Assembly (NCBI RefSeq): GCF_018350175.1
Contig: NC_058368.1
Coordinates: 196,418,001-196,482,000, forward strand
DNA from: Felis catus
Lineage: Eukaryota
DNA: 64,000 bases
Reading direction: 5' to 3'
The first letter of the stretch is position 1. Every line of letters starts with the position of its first letter. A program made the position numbers and the translations under genes. Positions 39,229 to 52,546 of the stretch are shown here, piece by piece. The notes beneath the pieces are model-generated. The model was not told the DNA's origin and made no database searches. It saw only the letters and a program-made list of their open reading frames with translations.

Positions 39229-41541
39229 AGATATAGTTCCGTCACCCCTTATCAGATATGTCATGTGCCAATATCTTCTCCCATTCAGTAGGTTGTCTTT
39301 TCGTTTTGTTGATGGTTTCCTTCTCTGGCAAAAGCTTTTTATTTTGGTATAGTCCCAATAGTTTACTTTTGCTTCCCTTGTCCGAGGAGATGTATCTAGA
39401 AAAATGTTTCTATGGCTGATGTCAAAGCAGTTACTGCTTGTGTTTTCTTCTAGGACTTCTATGGTTTCAGATCTCACATTTGAGGTCTTTAATCCATTTC
39501 GAGTTTATTTTTGTGTATGATGTAGGAAAGTGGTCCAGTTTCATTCTTTTGCATGTTGCTGTCCAGTTTTCCCGACACCATTTGTTGAAGGGACTGTCAT
39601 TTCCCCATTGGATATTCTTGCCTCCTTTGTCATAGATTAATTGACGATATAAGCATGGGTTTATTTTTGTGGCTCTCTATTCTGTTCCGTTGTTCTGTGT
39701 GTCTGTTTAGTGCCAGTGCCATACTGTTTTTGATAACTACAGCTTTCTCGTCTGTCTTGAATTCCGGGATTGTGATACCTCCAGCTTCATTCTTCTTTCT
39801 CACGATTGCTTTGCCTATTCAGGGTCTTTGTTGGTTCCATACAAGTTTCAATATTGTTTGCTTTAGTTCTGTTTAAAAAAATGTTGTTGGTATTCTGATA
39901 AGGGTTGCATTAAATCTGTAGAATGCTTTGGGTAGTGTGGACATTTTAACAATATTGGTTCTTCAAGTCTATGAGCATGGAATGTCTTTCCATTTGTGTC
40001 ATTTTCTATTTCTTTCATCAGTGCTTTATAGTTTTCAGAGTTCATGTCTTTCACCTCCTTGCTTAGGTTTATTCCTAGGTATTTTATTATTTTTGGTGCA
40101 ATTATAAGTGGGAGTGTTTTCTTGACTTCCCCTTCTGCTATTTCATTGTTAGTGTACAGAAATGCTACAGATTTCTGTCCATTAATTTTGTATCCTGTGA
40201 CTTCGTGGACTTCGTTTGTCAGTTCTAATAATTTTTTGGTAGAGTCTTTAGGGTTTTCTATATATAATATCATGTCATCTGCAAATAGTGAAAGTTTACT
40301 TCTTGCTTACCAATCTGGATGTGTCTTATTTCTCTTTCTACTCTGACTGCTGGGGCCAGGACTTGCAGTACTGTGTTGAATAAAAGTAATGAGAGTGACA
40401 TCCTTGTCTTGTTCCTGATCTTAGAGGAAAAGCTCTCACCATTGAATATGATGCTAGCTATGGGTTTTTCATATATGGCCTTTATTATGTTGAGGTATGT
40501 TCCCACTAAACCTACTGTGTTTTTTTTTTATCATGAACGGACATTGTACATTGCCAAATGCTTTTTCTGTATCTATTGAGAGGATCATACGGGTTTTGTC
40601 TTTTCTCTTGTTAATGTGACAGACATAGCACGTTTATTGATTTGCAAATACTGAACCACTTGTATCCTGGGAGTACATTCCACTTGATCGTGGTGAATAA
40701 TTTTTTTAATGTATTGTCGGATTTGGTTTGCTAATATTTTGTTGAGGATTTTTTGCATCTGTGTTCATTAAGGACATTGGCCTGTAGTTTTATTTTCTTG
40801 TAATGTCTTTGTATAGTTATGATATTAGGGTAGTGCTGGCATAATACAATGTGTTGGAAAGTGGTCTCTCCTTTGCTACATTGTGGAAAAGTTTGTATAG
40901 AATTGGTATTAGCTCTTCCTTGTTTTGTAGAATTTGCCAGCAAAAACATCTGGTCCTAGAATTTGGTTTTTGTTTTCTAGGGGTTTGTTTTTTTCATTGG
41001 AAAGATTTAAATCAATACGGGGCCATTCACGTGAGCTTTGGCACTTTGTGTCTTTCAAGGGATTAGTCTATTTTACCTATTTATCTATTTTATCTAACCT
41101 GATGAATCTATGGGCCTAGGATTGTTTATGCGATTTTCTTGTAACCCTGTCCATAGGGTTGGTAGTAACGTCCCGCTTTCATTCTTGATATTAGTAATTT
41201 GTGTCTTTCTTGTTTTGTTTTTTTTCCCCTTGTATATTTTATTGATTTTTTTCAATGGTTTTACTGCTTTTTCTCCAACACTTTTGTTCTGGATATCACT
41301 GATTTCTGATGGTATTTTTAGTTTCTTCCTCACAGTTGCTTTGGGTTTAATTTGTTCTTCTCTCTCTAGTTTCTTAAGGTAGAAGTTCAGATCACTGATT
41401 ATTTTTTCACTCAATTCAAAATATTTTCTAATTATCCTGGTGATTTGCTCTTTGATTCAAGGGTTGTTAATAAGTGTGTTACTCAATTTCCAATATTTGG
41501 GATTTCCCAGATATCTTTCTGTTAATAAATTCAAGTTAATT

Positions 41542-41699
41542 AATTATTTTATTTTAGAGAGAGCAAAAGAGAGCACATGTGTGAGTTGGGGAGAGAGAGA
41601 GAATTCAAGATGTGGGGCTTGATCCCAGGACCCTGGGATCACGACCTGAAATGAAATCAAGAGTTGGACGCTCATCTGGCTGAGCCACCCATATGTCCC
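41542..41699 (-). mobile_element. CAN-SINE nested in L1
   Basis: gggatcacgacctga...gctgagccaccc; flanking aattcaagtt repeats. Confidence 0.85.
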
Positions 41700-42135
41700 A
41701 AAGAATTCAAGTTTAATTCTGTGATAATGCAAGAAATAATTTGTAAAGTTTAGGTATTTGTGCTTTTTTATTATTTTCTTTTTATGGCCCAGAATATAGT
41801 AATCTTGGTGAATGTTTCAGGTGCCTTGAATAAGAATGTGTGTTCTGCACCTGTTAAGTGGATTGTGCTATAAATATCAATTAGGTCAAATTGGTTTATA
41901 GTTTTGTTCAGGTCTATATTCTTATGATTTTCTCTCTACTTGTACTATTTATTATTGAGAGAGAAGTGTTTACCAGAGATTTGTCTATCTGTTCTTTCAG
42001 TTCTATTGGTTTTGTTTCCTCCATTTTGAAGCTCTGCTCTAAGGTGCATATACATTTAGAATTGTTATGTCATTTTGGATAATTGACTCCTTTGTCATTA
42101 TGTAATGTCCTTCATTATCCTTAGAAGTATTCCTT

Positions 42136-42361
42136 GGGGCGCCTGGGTGGCGCAGTCGGTTAAGCGTCCGACTTCAGCTCAGGTCACGATCTCGCGGTCC
42201 ATGAGTTCGAGCCCCGCGTCGGGCTCTGGGCTGATGGCTCAGAGCCTGAAGCCTGCTTCCGATTCTGTGTCTCCCTCTCTCTCTGCCCCTCCCCCGTTCA
42301 CGCTCTGTCTCTCTCTGTCTCAAAAATAAATAAACGTTAAAAAAAAAATTAAAAAAAAAAA
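42136..42361 (+). mobile_element. Young CAN-SINE nested in L1
   Basis: ggggcgcctgggtggcgcagtcgg; perfect TSD agaagtattcctt at 42123 and 42362; near-identical to the copy at 30440. Confidence 0.96.
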
Positions 42362-42808
42362 AGAAGTATTCCTTGTTCTGAAGTCTACTTCGTCTGATAT
42401 CAATACAGCACCCCAGCACTTTTGATTATTGTTTGTATGGATATCTTTTTCCATTTACTTTTATCCTACCTGTGTCTTTATATTTAAAGTGGGTTTCTTA
42501 TAGAAAGCAAATAGCTGGAGTTTGCTTTTTTATCCAATCACACAACCTAAGTCTTTAGTTTGTATATTTATGCTGCTTACATATATGATAATAGCTTACA
42601 CATAAGATAATAAGACAAGTCTACCATCTTGTTAGATGTTTCTATTTGTTTCACCTGGTCTCTCCCTTGTACTCTTTTTCTTTCTTTGGATTAACTGAGT
42701 ATGTTTTATGACTCTATTATGACCCTATTTTATCTCCATATTGGCTTATAACTCACACCTTTTAAAAAATATTAGTGGTTATCCTAGGTTTTAAAATATA
42801 TACCTTTA

Positions 42809-43010
42809 GGGGTGCGTGGGTGGCTTAGTCGGTTTAGCCTCTGACTCTTGATGTTGGCCCAGATCATGATCTCACGGTTTGTGAGTTTGAGCCCCGCCTC
42901 AGGTTCTGTGCTGACAGCGCAGAGCCTGCTTGGGATTCTCTCTCCCTCTCTCTGCCCCTCCCCTGCTCATGCTGTCTCTTTCCCTCTCAAAAATAAAATA
43001 AACTTAAAAA
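42809..43010 (+). mobile_element. CAN-SINE
   Basis: ggggtgcgtgggtggcttagtcgg head, (CT)n, aataaa tail. Confidence 0.9.
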
Positions 43011-43199
43011 TATATATATCTTTAATTAATCACAATCTACTCTAAAATAATATTATACTGCTCCAAATATAGTATAAGCATCTTAAAAGAGTACACAGCA
43101 TATCCTTCCCACCCATCTTTTTGTAATATTGTTGTCATACATTGCACTTTTACATATGCTATGAACATACAATACATGGCTGCTATTTTAGCCTTAAGT

Positions 43200-43418
43200 C
43201 AGGGATTGGCAAACTACAGCCCAAACCTAGCCTGCCACTTGTTTTTGTAAATAAGGTATCATTGGAACACAGCTACACTCAACAGCGTAGTAGGTGTTGG
43301 CTGTGGCTGCTTCTGCGTGACAATGGCAGCCTTAAGCAGTTGTCACACAACCTTTATGGCCCACAGAACCTAAAATATAGGCCATCTGGTTCTTTACAAA
43401 AAATTTTGCCCATGTCTG
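43200..43418. mobile_element. MER58-like hAT-Charlie non-autonomous DNA transposon
   Basis: Imperfect TIRs cagggattggcaaa / tttgcccatgtctg; internal gtttttgtaaataagg...attggaacacagc. Confidence 0.7.
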
Positions 43419-44633
43419 CTTTAGACAGCCTGTTATCTTTCAAGCAATTAAAAGTAAGATTAAAGTATTCTTTATATTTACCTTTATTTTTTTCATCTCC
43501 AGCACTCTTTATTTTTGTGTGCAGAGCTAAGCTCTGTTTGGTATCATATTCTTGTGGCCTGAAGAGCTTCCCCAACATTTTCTTCTTTTGCAGCGCGGTC
43601 TCCCGGCAATGAATTCCGTTTTTGCTTTTCTAAGAAAGTCTGCATTCTTTCTTCTTCTTCCTCTTTTGTTTTAAATTGAGGTAAAATTCACATAACTTAA
43701 ACATCGACTATTTCAGGGTACAATCCAGTGACGTCTCATACCCTCACAATGTTGGGCAGCCATCTCCTCTATCTAGTTCTGAGACATTCTCGTCACCCTG
43801 AAAGGAAATGCTGTGCCCATCGAGCAGTCACTCCCTGTTCCCCCTGCCTCCAGCTCCTGGCAACCACCAGTCAGCGTTCTGCCTCTGTGGATTTAGGTAT
43901 TCTGGATGTTCCATCTGAATGTAGTCATGCAATATGCGATTTTGCGTCTGGCTTTCTTCCCTGAGCATAGCGTTTGGAGATGCATTCGTGTTGTGACACG
44001 TATCAGTGCTTCATTCTCTTTTTATGGCTGAATAACCCTCCGTTGTATGGCTGTGCCTCACTTTTGTCTACCTATGAATCAACTGTTTCCACCTTTTAGT
44101 TATTACGAATAGTGCTGCATTAGACATTCGTGTGCAAGTATTTGTTCCATACCTGTTTTTCATTCTTCTGGATGCATCTAGGACTGGGGTCGCTGGCTCA
44201 TATGGTAGGTAATTCTGTGGAACTTCTTGAGGAATCATCAAACCGTTGCCACAAGCAGCTGCACCATTTTGCATTCTCACCGGCAACGTGCAAGGGCTCA
44301 CGTTTTTCCCCATTGTCCACTTGTTATTTTCTGATTTTTAAATTATGGACAACCTGGTTGGTGTGAGGTGCTATCTCACTGCAGTTTTGATTTGCATTTC
44401 CCTCATGACTAATGACGTTGAGCATCTTTTCATGTGCTTGTTGGTCCTTTGTAGGTCTTTTTTGATGAAATATCTACTCAACGTTTTTGCTCACTTTTAA
44501 TGGAGTTGTTTGCCTTTTTGTTGATGAGTTAGAAGACATACATATATATATATTCTGGAAACCTAATTGTCATCATATATATAATTTGCAAATATTTTCT
44601 CCCAATCTGTGTGTTGCCTTTTTATTCTCTTAA

Positions 44634-44853
44634 ATTTTTTTTATTAGTTTTCTTTATTTTTTTGAGAGGCAGAGAGAGAGACAGAGTGTGAGTGGGGGAG
44701 GGGCAGAGAGAGAGGGAGACACAGAATCCGAAGCAGGCCCCAGGCTCTGAGCTGTCAGCCCAGAGCCTGATGCGGAGCCTGAACTCACGAGCCGTGAGAT
44801 CATGACCTGAGCCGAAGTCGGACGCTCAACTGACTGAGCTGCCCAGGCGCCTC
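44634..44853 (-). mobile_element. CAN-SINE nested in L1
   Basis: gagagagagggagacacagaatccgaagcagg...cccaggcgcc. Confidence 0.93.
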
Positions 44854-46105
44854 ATTTGTTCTCCTGATAATGTCCTTTGATGACCAAAATGTTTCATTTC
44901 ACTGAAGCCCAACTTACTGAATTTTTCTTTGGTTGCTTGCACATCTGACATATCTAAGAAACCATTTCCATGCTCAGGTCATGCATATTTACCCCTAGGT
45001 TTTCTTCTAAGAGTTTCATAGCTTTAGCTTTTGTATTTAAATCTTTGATCCTTTATGATTTTTCTATATGGTGCGAAGGGTCTAACTCCATTCCTTTGTA
45101 TGTGGATATCCAGTTCTCTTGATACAATCTGTTGAAAAGATTATCTTTTCCACATTAATGGCCTGGGCACCCTTGTTGAAAATCAATTAGCCATAGATGT
45201 AAAGGTTTATTTCTGGACTTTCAACGTTATTCTGTTGACCTATATGCCTCTCCTTGTGTCGATACTGCACTGTTTTGATATCTGTAGCTTTGTAGTAAGT
45301 TTTGAAACTGGGAAGTGTGACTCCTTCAGCTTTGATCTTTTTTAATATTGTTTTATCTACTTGGAGTCCCTTGAAATTCCACATGAATTTGAGAATCAGC
45401 TTTTCCGTTTCTGAAAAAATAGCCACTGGGCTTTCAATAGGGACTGCATTGAATTTACAGATCACTCAGGGGAGTGTTGCCACTGGAATATTAAATATTC
45501 CAATTCATGAACACGGGATGTCTTTCCATTTGTTTAGTCTTGTTTATTTCTTTCAGCAGTGTTTTGTGGTTTTCAGGGTATATGTCTTGCATCTTTTTGG
45601 TTAAAGTTATTCTCAAGTATTTTTATTCATTTTGGTGTTATTCCAGATACAATTGTTTTTTTAAACTTCTTTTTTAGATTGCTCATGGTCAGTGTATAGA
45701 AATACGACTGAGTTTTGGGTGTTGATCTTGTACCCTGCAACTTTGCTGAATGTATTAGCTCTAAGAGGGCTTTTTTTTTTTTCTTGTAGATTCTTTAGGA
45801 CTTTTCTATGCATAGGATTATGTATTTTCTATACATAGGGTTTTTCTTATAGACTCATTAGGCTTTTTCAATACATAGGATTATGTCAAATACTTCTTCC
45901 TTTTGAATTTGGATATTTATTTTTCCTTGTGATTGCTCTGCCTAGAATGTCCAGTACAGTGTTAAATGGAAGAGTGAAAGTGGTATCCTTGTCTTGTTCC
46001 TGATTTAAAGGGAGAAGTTTTCAATCTTTCACCATTGAGTTAGCTGGGAGTTTTTCATCCATGGTTTTAATTAATCATGTTAAAGATGTTGCCTTATGTT
46101 CCTAG

Positions 46106-46108
<3 letters not shown>

Positions 46109-46137
<29 letters not shown>
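46109..46137. repeat. (TG)n microsatellite
   Basis: About 14 units within the L1 block. Confidence 0.95.
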
Positions 46138-46139
<2 letters not shown>

Positions 46140-47429
46140 AACATATATTTTGTCAAAGGTTTTCTTCTGCATCAATTGGGATGATAATGTGGGTTGTGTT
46201 TACTCTATCAAGGTAGTGTATTAGATCGATTTTCACGTGTTGAACCATCTTTGTATTTCTGGGATCCCACTTTAACGTGCTATTATATTTGGTTTCCTAG
46301 TATTTTGCTGAAGATGTTTGCATCTGTATTCATCAGAGATATGGGTCTGTAGTTTTTTTTTTTTCTTCTTGTGATGTCTTTGGCGTTAGTATAAAGGTCC
46401 TCAATGAATGAGTTGAGAAGTGTTCATTCCTCTTCTATTTTGTGAATGAATTTGAGAAGAATTGGGGTTAATTCTTTACATATTTTGTAGAATTCACCAG
46501 TGGATCCATCTAATCGAGGGTTTTTCTTTGTTGGGGGGGTTTTGTTTACAGATTTACTCTCTTTGCTAGTTATAAGTCTATTCAGATTTTCTATTTCTTC
46601 TTGAGTCAGTTTTGTTTAGTATTCATGACTACTTGAGGTTCAGAACACTTTCCTGGAAAAAAAAAAAGTATATATGAAATATATTACATATACCCGAGTA
46701 CATGGAAAGAATGATCACTTTCCTAGATCAATGTTGTATTGGATTTTTTTTACTTTCAAGAATTAACTCTAGAACCATGTAACTTAGAAATAAGAAGGAA
46801 AATACTACAGGGATCAATTAAAAGGAGTAAAGGCAATTGACTCCAGGAAAGAAAGGGGCAGAGGAATGCTATTTTTCTGAAGAAATATAGCAACACAATT
46901 TGACTCTTTGTAAAAATAAACAAATAAACAAACAAATAATTAAGCAAAGTAAAGGGAGTTCTACAACCAGGCTGCCTAGATCAAAATCCCACCTCTGCCA
47001 TTCGGTAGCCATGTAACTATGGAGAAGTTTAAGATGCTTGATCTCTCTGAGCCTCAGTCTTTCCATTTGCAAAATGGGAATGGCAATAGTACCCATCACA
47101 TAAAGGTTCTACAGGAACCAGAGGAATCAGTGAATGTAAAGGACTCAGCTGGGGAGTGTCCTGTAAATAGAAGTTTCTTGCTTCTATCATGAAGCTCTCC
47201 CAGACCAACCTAACTTTCCTTCTGGCTAAGCCAGAGTTGCCTGGTCACTCTGGAGACCCCCTCCCTTTGTGCTACTGACTGTCTGCTTGACCTCGGGCAT
47301 GTCTCTTCTGCCAGGATCCTTGGGAGGTGGTTTCAGAAGGGCCCTAAACTTAGCCAGCTCCCCCAGGCTCAGACTGGCCCTGTCCTAGACTCCAACCCCT
47401 CCCCCTGGGGGTCATGGCTTTGTTTTCTT

Positions 47430-47560
47430 CTAAAGACCCAAGATTTCCAAACTCTGTGGTTGCCTTGCCTAGCTAAAAGGGGAAGAAGGGGATCAGCCCA
47501 AGGAGGAGGAGGAGGAAGAGGAAAACAAGAGAAACAGCCAGTACAGCAGAGAGGAACGTA
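47430..47560 (+). promoter_or_regulatory. CSF1R: CSF1R macrophage (proximal) TATA-less purine-rich promoter
   Basis: C/EBP-like agatttccaaa 47441-47451, RUNX TGTGGT 47455-47460, PU.1/ETS aaaaggggaag 47475-47485 and further GAGGAA repeats directly upstream of the start codon; acceptor tag|cta at 47473 for distal transcripts. Confidence 0.88.
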
Positions 47561-47658
47561 TGCCCAGTGGTCCCGGTCACTACGGAGCTAGCGCTGAGAC
47601 TCCAGGGCCTTGCCCACCCCTCTGCCCTGCATCATCCTGCTGCCTCCCCACTGAGGCC

Positions 47659-47707
47659 ATGGGCCCAAGGGCTCTGCTCGTCCTGCTGGTGGCCACAGCT
47701 TGGCATG
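47659..47707 (+). CDS. CSF1R: CSF1R exon 2 coding part (signal peptide MGPRALLVLLVATAWH)
   Basis: gccATGg strong Kozak; donor G|gtaaga; 49 nt. Confidence 0.96.
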
Positions 47708-48047
47708 GTAAGACCAGGGACTCTGGGGGTTGGGGGCGGGCGGAAATGAGTGACACAGGCGGCCCCTGTGCAAGGACTCTGTAAACCCCTGCTCCTCACG
47801 GGTGTCCCTACTCTGTGCCTGCATCTCTCCCAGCCTGGACTACAGGTTTGCAGGTATCTGCTTTGGAAAGGCAGCGGAGGAAAAGAGGGTATGGGTGGGG
47901 TGGAACCAGCCCAGCCAGGGCTGTGGATCCATTCCAGCTAAGATGTTGGCTCACCATGTGTCCTGAACAAGCCCCTGATGCTCTCAGGGCTGCTGTGTCC
48001 TCATCTATCCAATGGCAGGTGTTGGGGGCAGTGGTGAACTAGACTAA

Positions 48048-48200
48048 AACGATGCTTTTCAAACTTTGCTATGCATACAGATTACCTGGGGATCTTGTCA
48101 CAATGCACATCCTGACTCAGTGGGTCCCAGGTACAACGTGAGATTCTGCACTTCTAACAAGCTTCTAGGAGAGGCCAAAGCTGCTGGTCCAGACCTATGC
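48048..48200. mobile_element. MER5-like hAT DNA transposon remnant
   Basis: tcaaactttg...cagattacctggggatcttgt...gagattctgcacttctaacaagct...gctgctggtcc; a similar remnant lies near 37200-37310. Confidence 0.65.
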
Positions 48201-50389
48201 CTAGTAGGGAGGCCCTAGAGAGCTCCTGATGGCTCTGCCAATTCTGCCAGCCCATGAGCCGTGGAGAGTAGGCAGGACCCAACTTGGAAAGACCAGAGGG
48301 GGGAGGGTCATTCCTCCAGAGGCTTGGGGAAGGGGCTGGAAGGAGAGATAAGAGGTTACCCTCTCTGGCCCAGGGCTCACATGAGGTGAATTTGGGAGGA
48401 GATGAGAGGAGGGCCTGGGGGGGGGGCAGTGAGGGACTCCTTGGCCAGAACCCTCCCAGACATAGGCTGCTACCCTGTCTCCAACTCGCTGGTAGAGCCA
48501 CACTGGTAAGAATCTCCTTCCCAGGAGGGTGCCTAACTGGAGGTGAGGGACTGGCGGCCTGGCTTGTAGCTACAGTTCTATTTGATCACATGCTTATTTG
48601 GAGGTATCTTGGGCCAGGATAGGGCTGGAGTAGGGTGGGAAGGCAGCATCAGCTCTGGCCTCCTCACAGTTCTGGGGCTGCAGGATCCTGGGGAGGAGGT
48701 ACGTCTAGTCCCCGATGAGGGGATGGCCCACCCCACTGAAGGTCTTTTTCTGGCCCAACATCTCTGGGCTTGAGTGTGTCTGGTTGTTTTTGTTTTTTTA
48801 ATTGAGATGTAATTTGCTTGCAGTAGAATGTACAGATTCTTAAATATACAGCCTGATGAGGTTTGACAAACATATACGTTTGTGTACCCACCATCCCAAT
48901 TAAGATAAAACTATTCCCCTCTCTCTAGAAAGTTCTATGGGTTTTATTTCACTGCCTTGTCCTGTCTTCATGCCCAGAATTTGCCAGTGGAACCCTGTTG
49001 GGGGTGGGGAGGTTGTCCAGCCTCCAGACCCAGAAGAAGGAAAAGATGGGAGGCAGCAAGCTGGAAGCCTCAGCTTTTAGCCCAACAGACCAGTCATGAG
49101 TGAGTGGCGGGTGAGGGCTGCTGTGAGGGAGTCAAGGGCCAGGCTCTGAACACCCTAGAGATGGTTAGAGGCTCCTTAAGATCCCGGTCTGATGAGGGGT
49201 CTACGTCCCAGGCCTTGGAGTGCCATGTGTGTGTGGGTTGAGGGAGAGGAGTGGAAGTTGGGGGACACCCTGGGAGCTGAGATGAGAGACAGGCACAGAA
49301 GGGGACCTTGGTCAGTGTCTGCCAAGCCCCAGCCCCCAGCCCAAGGAGGACTGGCCTGAGCAGGCTCTCCCCACTGGCCAAGCCAGCAGGGGGAAGTTAG
49401 GGGCAGAAGTTGAGGGTGTCAGCCTTGCTCTGCATGAATATCCGGGACAACAGGACAAGACAAAACAGGACACTTTTCTCTGACCACATTTCCAGGAAGC
49501 CGAGACAGCCACTAGAGAGACAGGGCAGGGGAGGGGAAGGGAGAAGGTGCCTGTGAGACCAGGCAGGTACAGAAGGGGACCACAGCAAGAATCACAGAAT
49601 CCGAGATCGCCGATGGTACAGTCACAGACTGTGACCTTTAAAGGTTCAAAACTTTAGATATTAGAGTGTCAGGACCAGAAGGGGGGTTAGAAATGTCTCC
49701 ACTGAAGCAGTAGTCCTGGCCACCAGCAGTTGACTGAGACAAGGACTGCGTATTACCTCATCGAATCCTCCCAAGACCTCAGAGGTGGAAACGAACTAAT
49801 CCCATTGGATGGAAGAGTAGCTGAGGGTCAGAGAGGATAAGTGACCTACCCAGCATCAGGGAGAACCAAGTTTCAGACCAAGGGGGTGTGACCCCATAGT
49901 CTAAGCTCTCACCTGCAGTAAAACCCCAGGGTGGGGGTAGCCGCACTGCTGTGGCTGTAATGGGGCAGCACCAGCTCTGTTGGGATTTGGGGACAGCCTG
50001 CCAGAAATGGCACCTGCCCCTCTCCCTGGTGGTCACACGGCCCAGGAGGGATAAAAACCCCCAGGTGTCGGGCGGGCTTGGCAGAATTCACCAGTTCGCT
50101 CAATTCTTCATGCTGATCAGAGGCTCAGGCAGAGAGGCAACCCGCGCCTCTGATGGGTATAAAATCAAAACAGAACTTGAGTCATCCTGAAATAATTTGA
50201 CACGGAAGATCTTTCCAATTCTGAAGTCTGTGGTGGGGATGGGGTGGAAATAACCATTTGAGGGACTTTCGTGCAGGACAGTGAGACACCCTGAATTCAG
50301 CCAATTCCCTGGGGGGAGGAGTGTCCCTGTCCCTGTCCCTGTCACTAGAGTAGAGGGGTCAGATTCATCGGGAGCACCCAGTTGGTCAG

Positions 50390-50720
50390 TGGGAGAGCCA
50401 GGCGCTGCAACCCAGAATGTTCCAGTGTGCGGCAGGCGGCACTCCCTCTCCTGGGGGTCTTGCCCCTGGAGAGGGGACAGTAGCCAGGAGGGCCAGGAAA
50501 CAGAAGTGAGAGCGTCCGTGGGGGGAAGGGCTGCAGGCTGAGCGGAAACCGGGGGCCGGGCTGGACGCCAGCAATGTGCTTCCGCCCACACAGGCTCAGG
50601 GGCGCCTGGCAGCCCCCCCAAGGCCTTGAATCAGCTCTCACTTCCCTCCTTTGCCCCTATTTTCAGCCCTGGAAAAATGCTGACACTGCAGAGGCAGCGG
50701 GCCTTCTTCCCGGAGGGCCT
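50390..50720 (+). promoter_or_regulatory. FIRE (fms intronic regulatory element) enhancer
   Basis: In the first intron after the ATG exon; cagaagtgag 50501, gcggaaac 50542, ttccgccc 50580, AP-1-like TGAATCA 50627-50633, cacttccc 50639; motif order matches recalled mouse/human FIRE. Boundaries approximate. Confidence 0.88.
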
Positions 50721-51565
50721 GATATGGGCTACAAGTTCTCTTTTCTCCTTCAAGCAAATTTTCCTTAAAAGAGATTGGCTTCCTAGTAAACAGAGCAGTG
50801 CTGGGGTGCTGGGCTGGACTGCTGACCAATCCTTACTATTTATTTGGTGACAGGTGAGGTCCCAAAGGCTTTCCATGCATTTAAACCTCCCGGCATCCCA
50901 ATAAATGGGTACAAATTATTGCCTCCATTTTATAGGTGGGGCAACTGAGGCACAGAGCCTCTGAACCATCCCCCTGTGCTGCAGACCAGATGGCCAATGG
51001 TGGGAGCGGGCATGACGGAAGACTCTCAGAACCCTTCTAACACTGCTGGGCTGAGATCCTATGACCCTTTTCTTCTTTCCCATATAGATTAAGTCGGAGG
51101 ACTTTGCCATGAACATTCCATCCATTTGTCTTTTCCTTTGCTTGTTTGAGTCCCCTGCTTGGAGCCAGGTCCTGGGCTTGGCACAAGGGACACGGCTCGC
51201 TTTGTCCATGGGGCCGAAGGGGTCAACCCCTGGGGAGGCTGGGAAGACTGAGGCAGGAGTCTGAGGGAGACCCCGTGGGACAGCAGGTGACTAGAAGCTG
51301 AGAAAGCTCCCAGTCTCCGTTTCTCAGAGGAGGGGGCTGCTGGACATCAAGCCATCCCCAAGCAGGTTTGAGGTGGGGGTGGGGGGGTGCTGAGCACATG
51401 ACAGAGGGGACAGGGACTTGTGTAAGGTGATTCCAAATCACAGCTGAATGCCAGCACTCGCACCACCCCTGCCAGGGCACTCCCCATCTCAGAGGCCAGG
51501 ATCATCAGACCAGGAAGCGTCTCCTCAGGCCTCACTTCTGTCTATTTGCCACCCCCCAACCCCAG

Positions 51566-51823
51566 CTCAAGGGGTCCCAGTGATACAGCCCAGCGGCCCT
51601 GAGCTGGTCGTGGAGCCAGGCACAACAGTGACCCTGCGATGTGTGGGCAACGGCAGCGTGGAATGGGACGGCCCCATCTCCCCCCACTGGAACCTGGACC
51701 TCGATCCCCCCAGCAGCATCCTGACCACGAATAATGCCACCTTCCAAAACACGGGGACCTATCACTGCACTGAGCCTGGAAACCCCCAGGGGGGCAATGC
51801 CACCATCCACCTCTATGTCAAAG
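51566..51823 (+). CDS. CSF1R: CSF1R exon 3 (Ig D1)
   Basis: [26 protein letters not shown]...IHLYVK; 258 nt. Confidence 0.97.
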
Positions 51824-52261
51824 GTGAGGACTCTGAGCCCACCCCCAAGAGGCCTGGCCCAACAGGTCCCACTGGGAATGGCGGGAGGGCTGGGCCCTAA
51901 TATTCACAGCCATAAGAAGCCAGTTCCACATGTACTGAGTGCCTGCCATTAACAAAAACCTGTGCAGTCCTTCCAGTTTGATGTAGTCCTCATAATAACT
52001 CTGTGAGGTAGGCTCCATGATTACAGCCATTTTCCAGAGGCTGGTGGGGTTGAGTCATTTGCCCACAGTCGCACAGCATCAAGTAATAGGGCTGAACCTG
52101 GCTCCAGTGTCCCCACTCTAAAGCACCGGCTGAGCTTCTCTGGTATTGTGTGACCTCAGGCAAGCGATCAGCTTCTCTGAGCCTCCCTGTCCCCAGGGTT
52201 CAGGGACCACTCGGCCTGGTGGAGGGAGGACAGTTGTAACCCTGTATCCCCTCTGCCCCAG

Positions 52262-52546
52262 ACCCTGCTCGGCCTTGGAAGGTGCTGGCCCAGGAAGTGA
52301 CGGTGTTGGAAGGTCAGGATGCGTTGCTGCCCTGCCTGCTTACTGACCCAGCGTTGGAGGCAGGCGTCTCGCTGGTGCGGGTGCGTGGCCGGCCCGTCTT
52401 GCGCCAAACCAACTATTCCTTCTCGCCCTGGCATGGCTTCACCATCCACAAGGCCAAGTTCATTGAGAATCACGTCTACCAATGCAGTGCGCGAGTAGAC
52501 GGCAGGACGGTGACATCGATGGGCATCTGGCTTAAAGTGCAGAAAG
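52262..52546 (+). CDS. CSF1R: CSF1R exon 4 (Ig D2)
   Basis: [30 protein letters not shown]...WLKVQK; 285 nt. Confidence 0.97.

Larger units (their letters stand above)
39245..46620 (-). mobile_element. Compound block of degenerate LINE-1 fragments (several insertions)
   Basis: Minus-strand ORF2-like peptides [18 protein letters not shown]...GYKIN...KYLGINL (39863-40273), [14 protein letters not shown] (40270-40506) and KFNAVPI...KLILKFMWN...YYKAT (45187-45465); many stops and frameshifts; AT-rich. Confidence 0.93.

Noticed and set aside
39245..46620. Active LINE-1 or domesticated reverse transcriptase
   Set aside because: ORF2 is fragmented by stops, frameshifts and nested SINE/MER insertions.
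28260..47472. RPL7 processed pseudogene and THE1B LTR promoter known from the human locus
   Set aside because: No ribosomal-protein-like peptide appears in the ORF track and no such LTR was recognised; THE1 elements are primate-specific.
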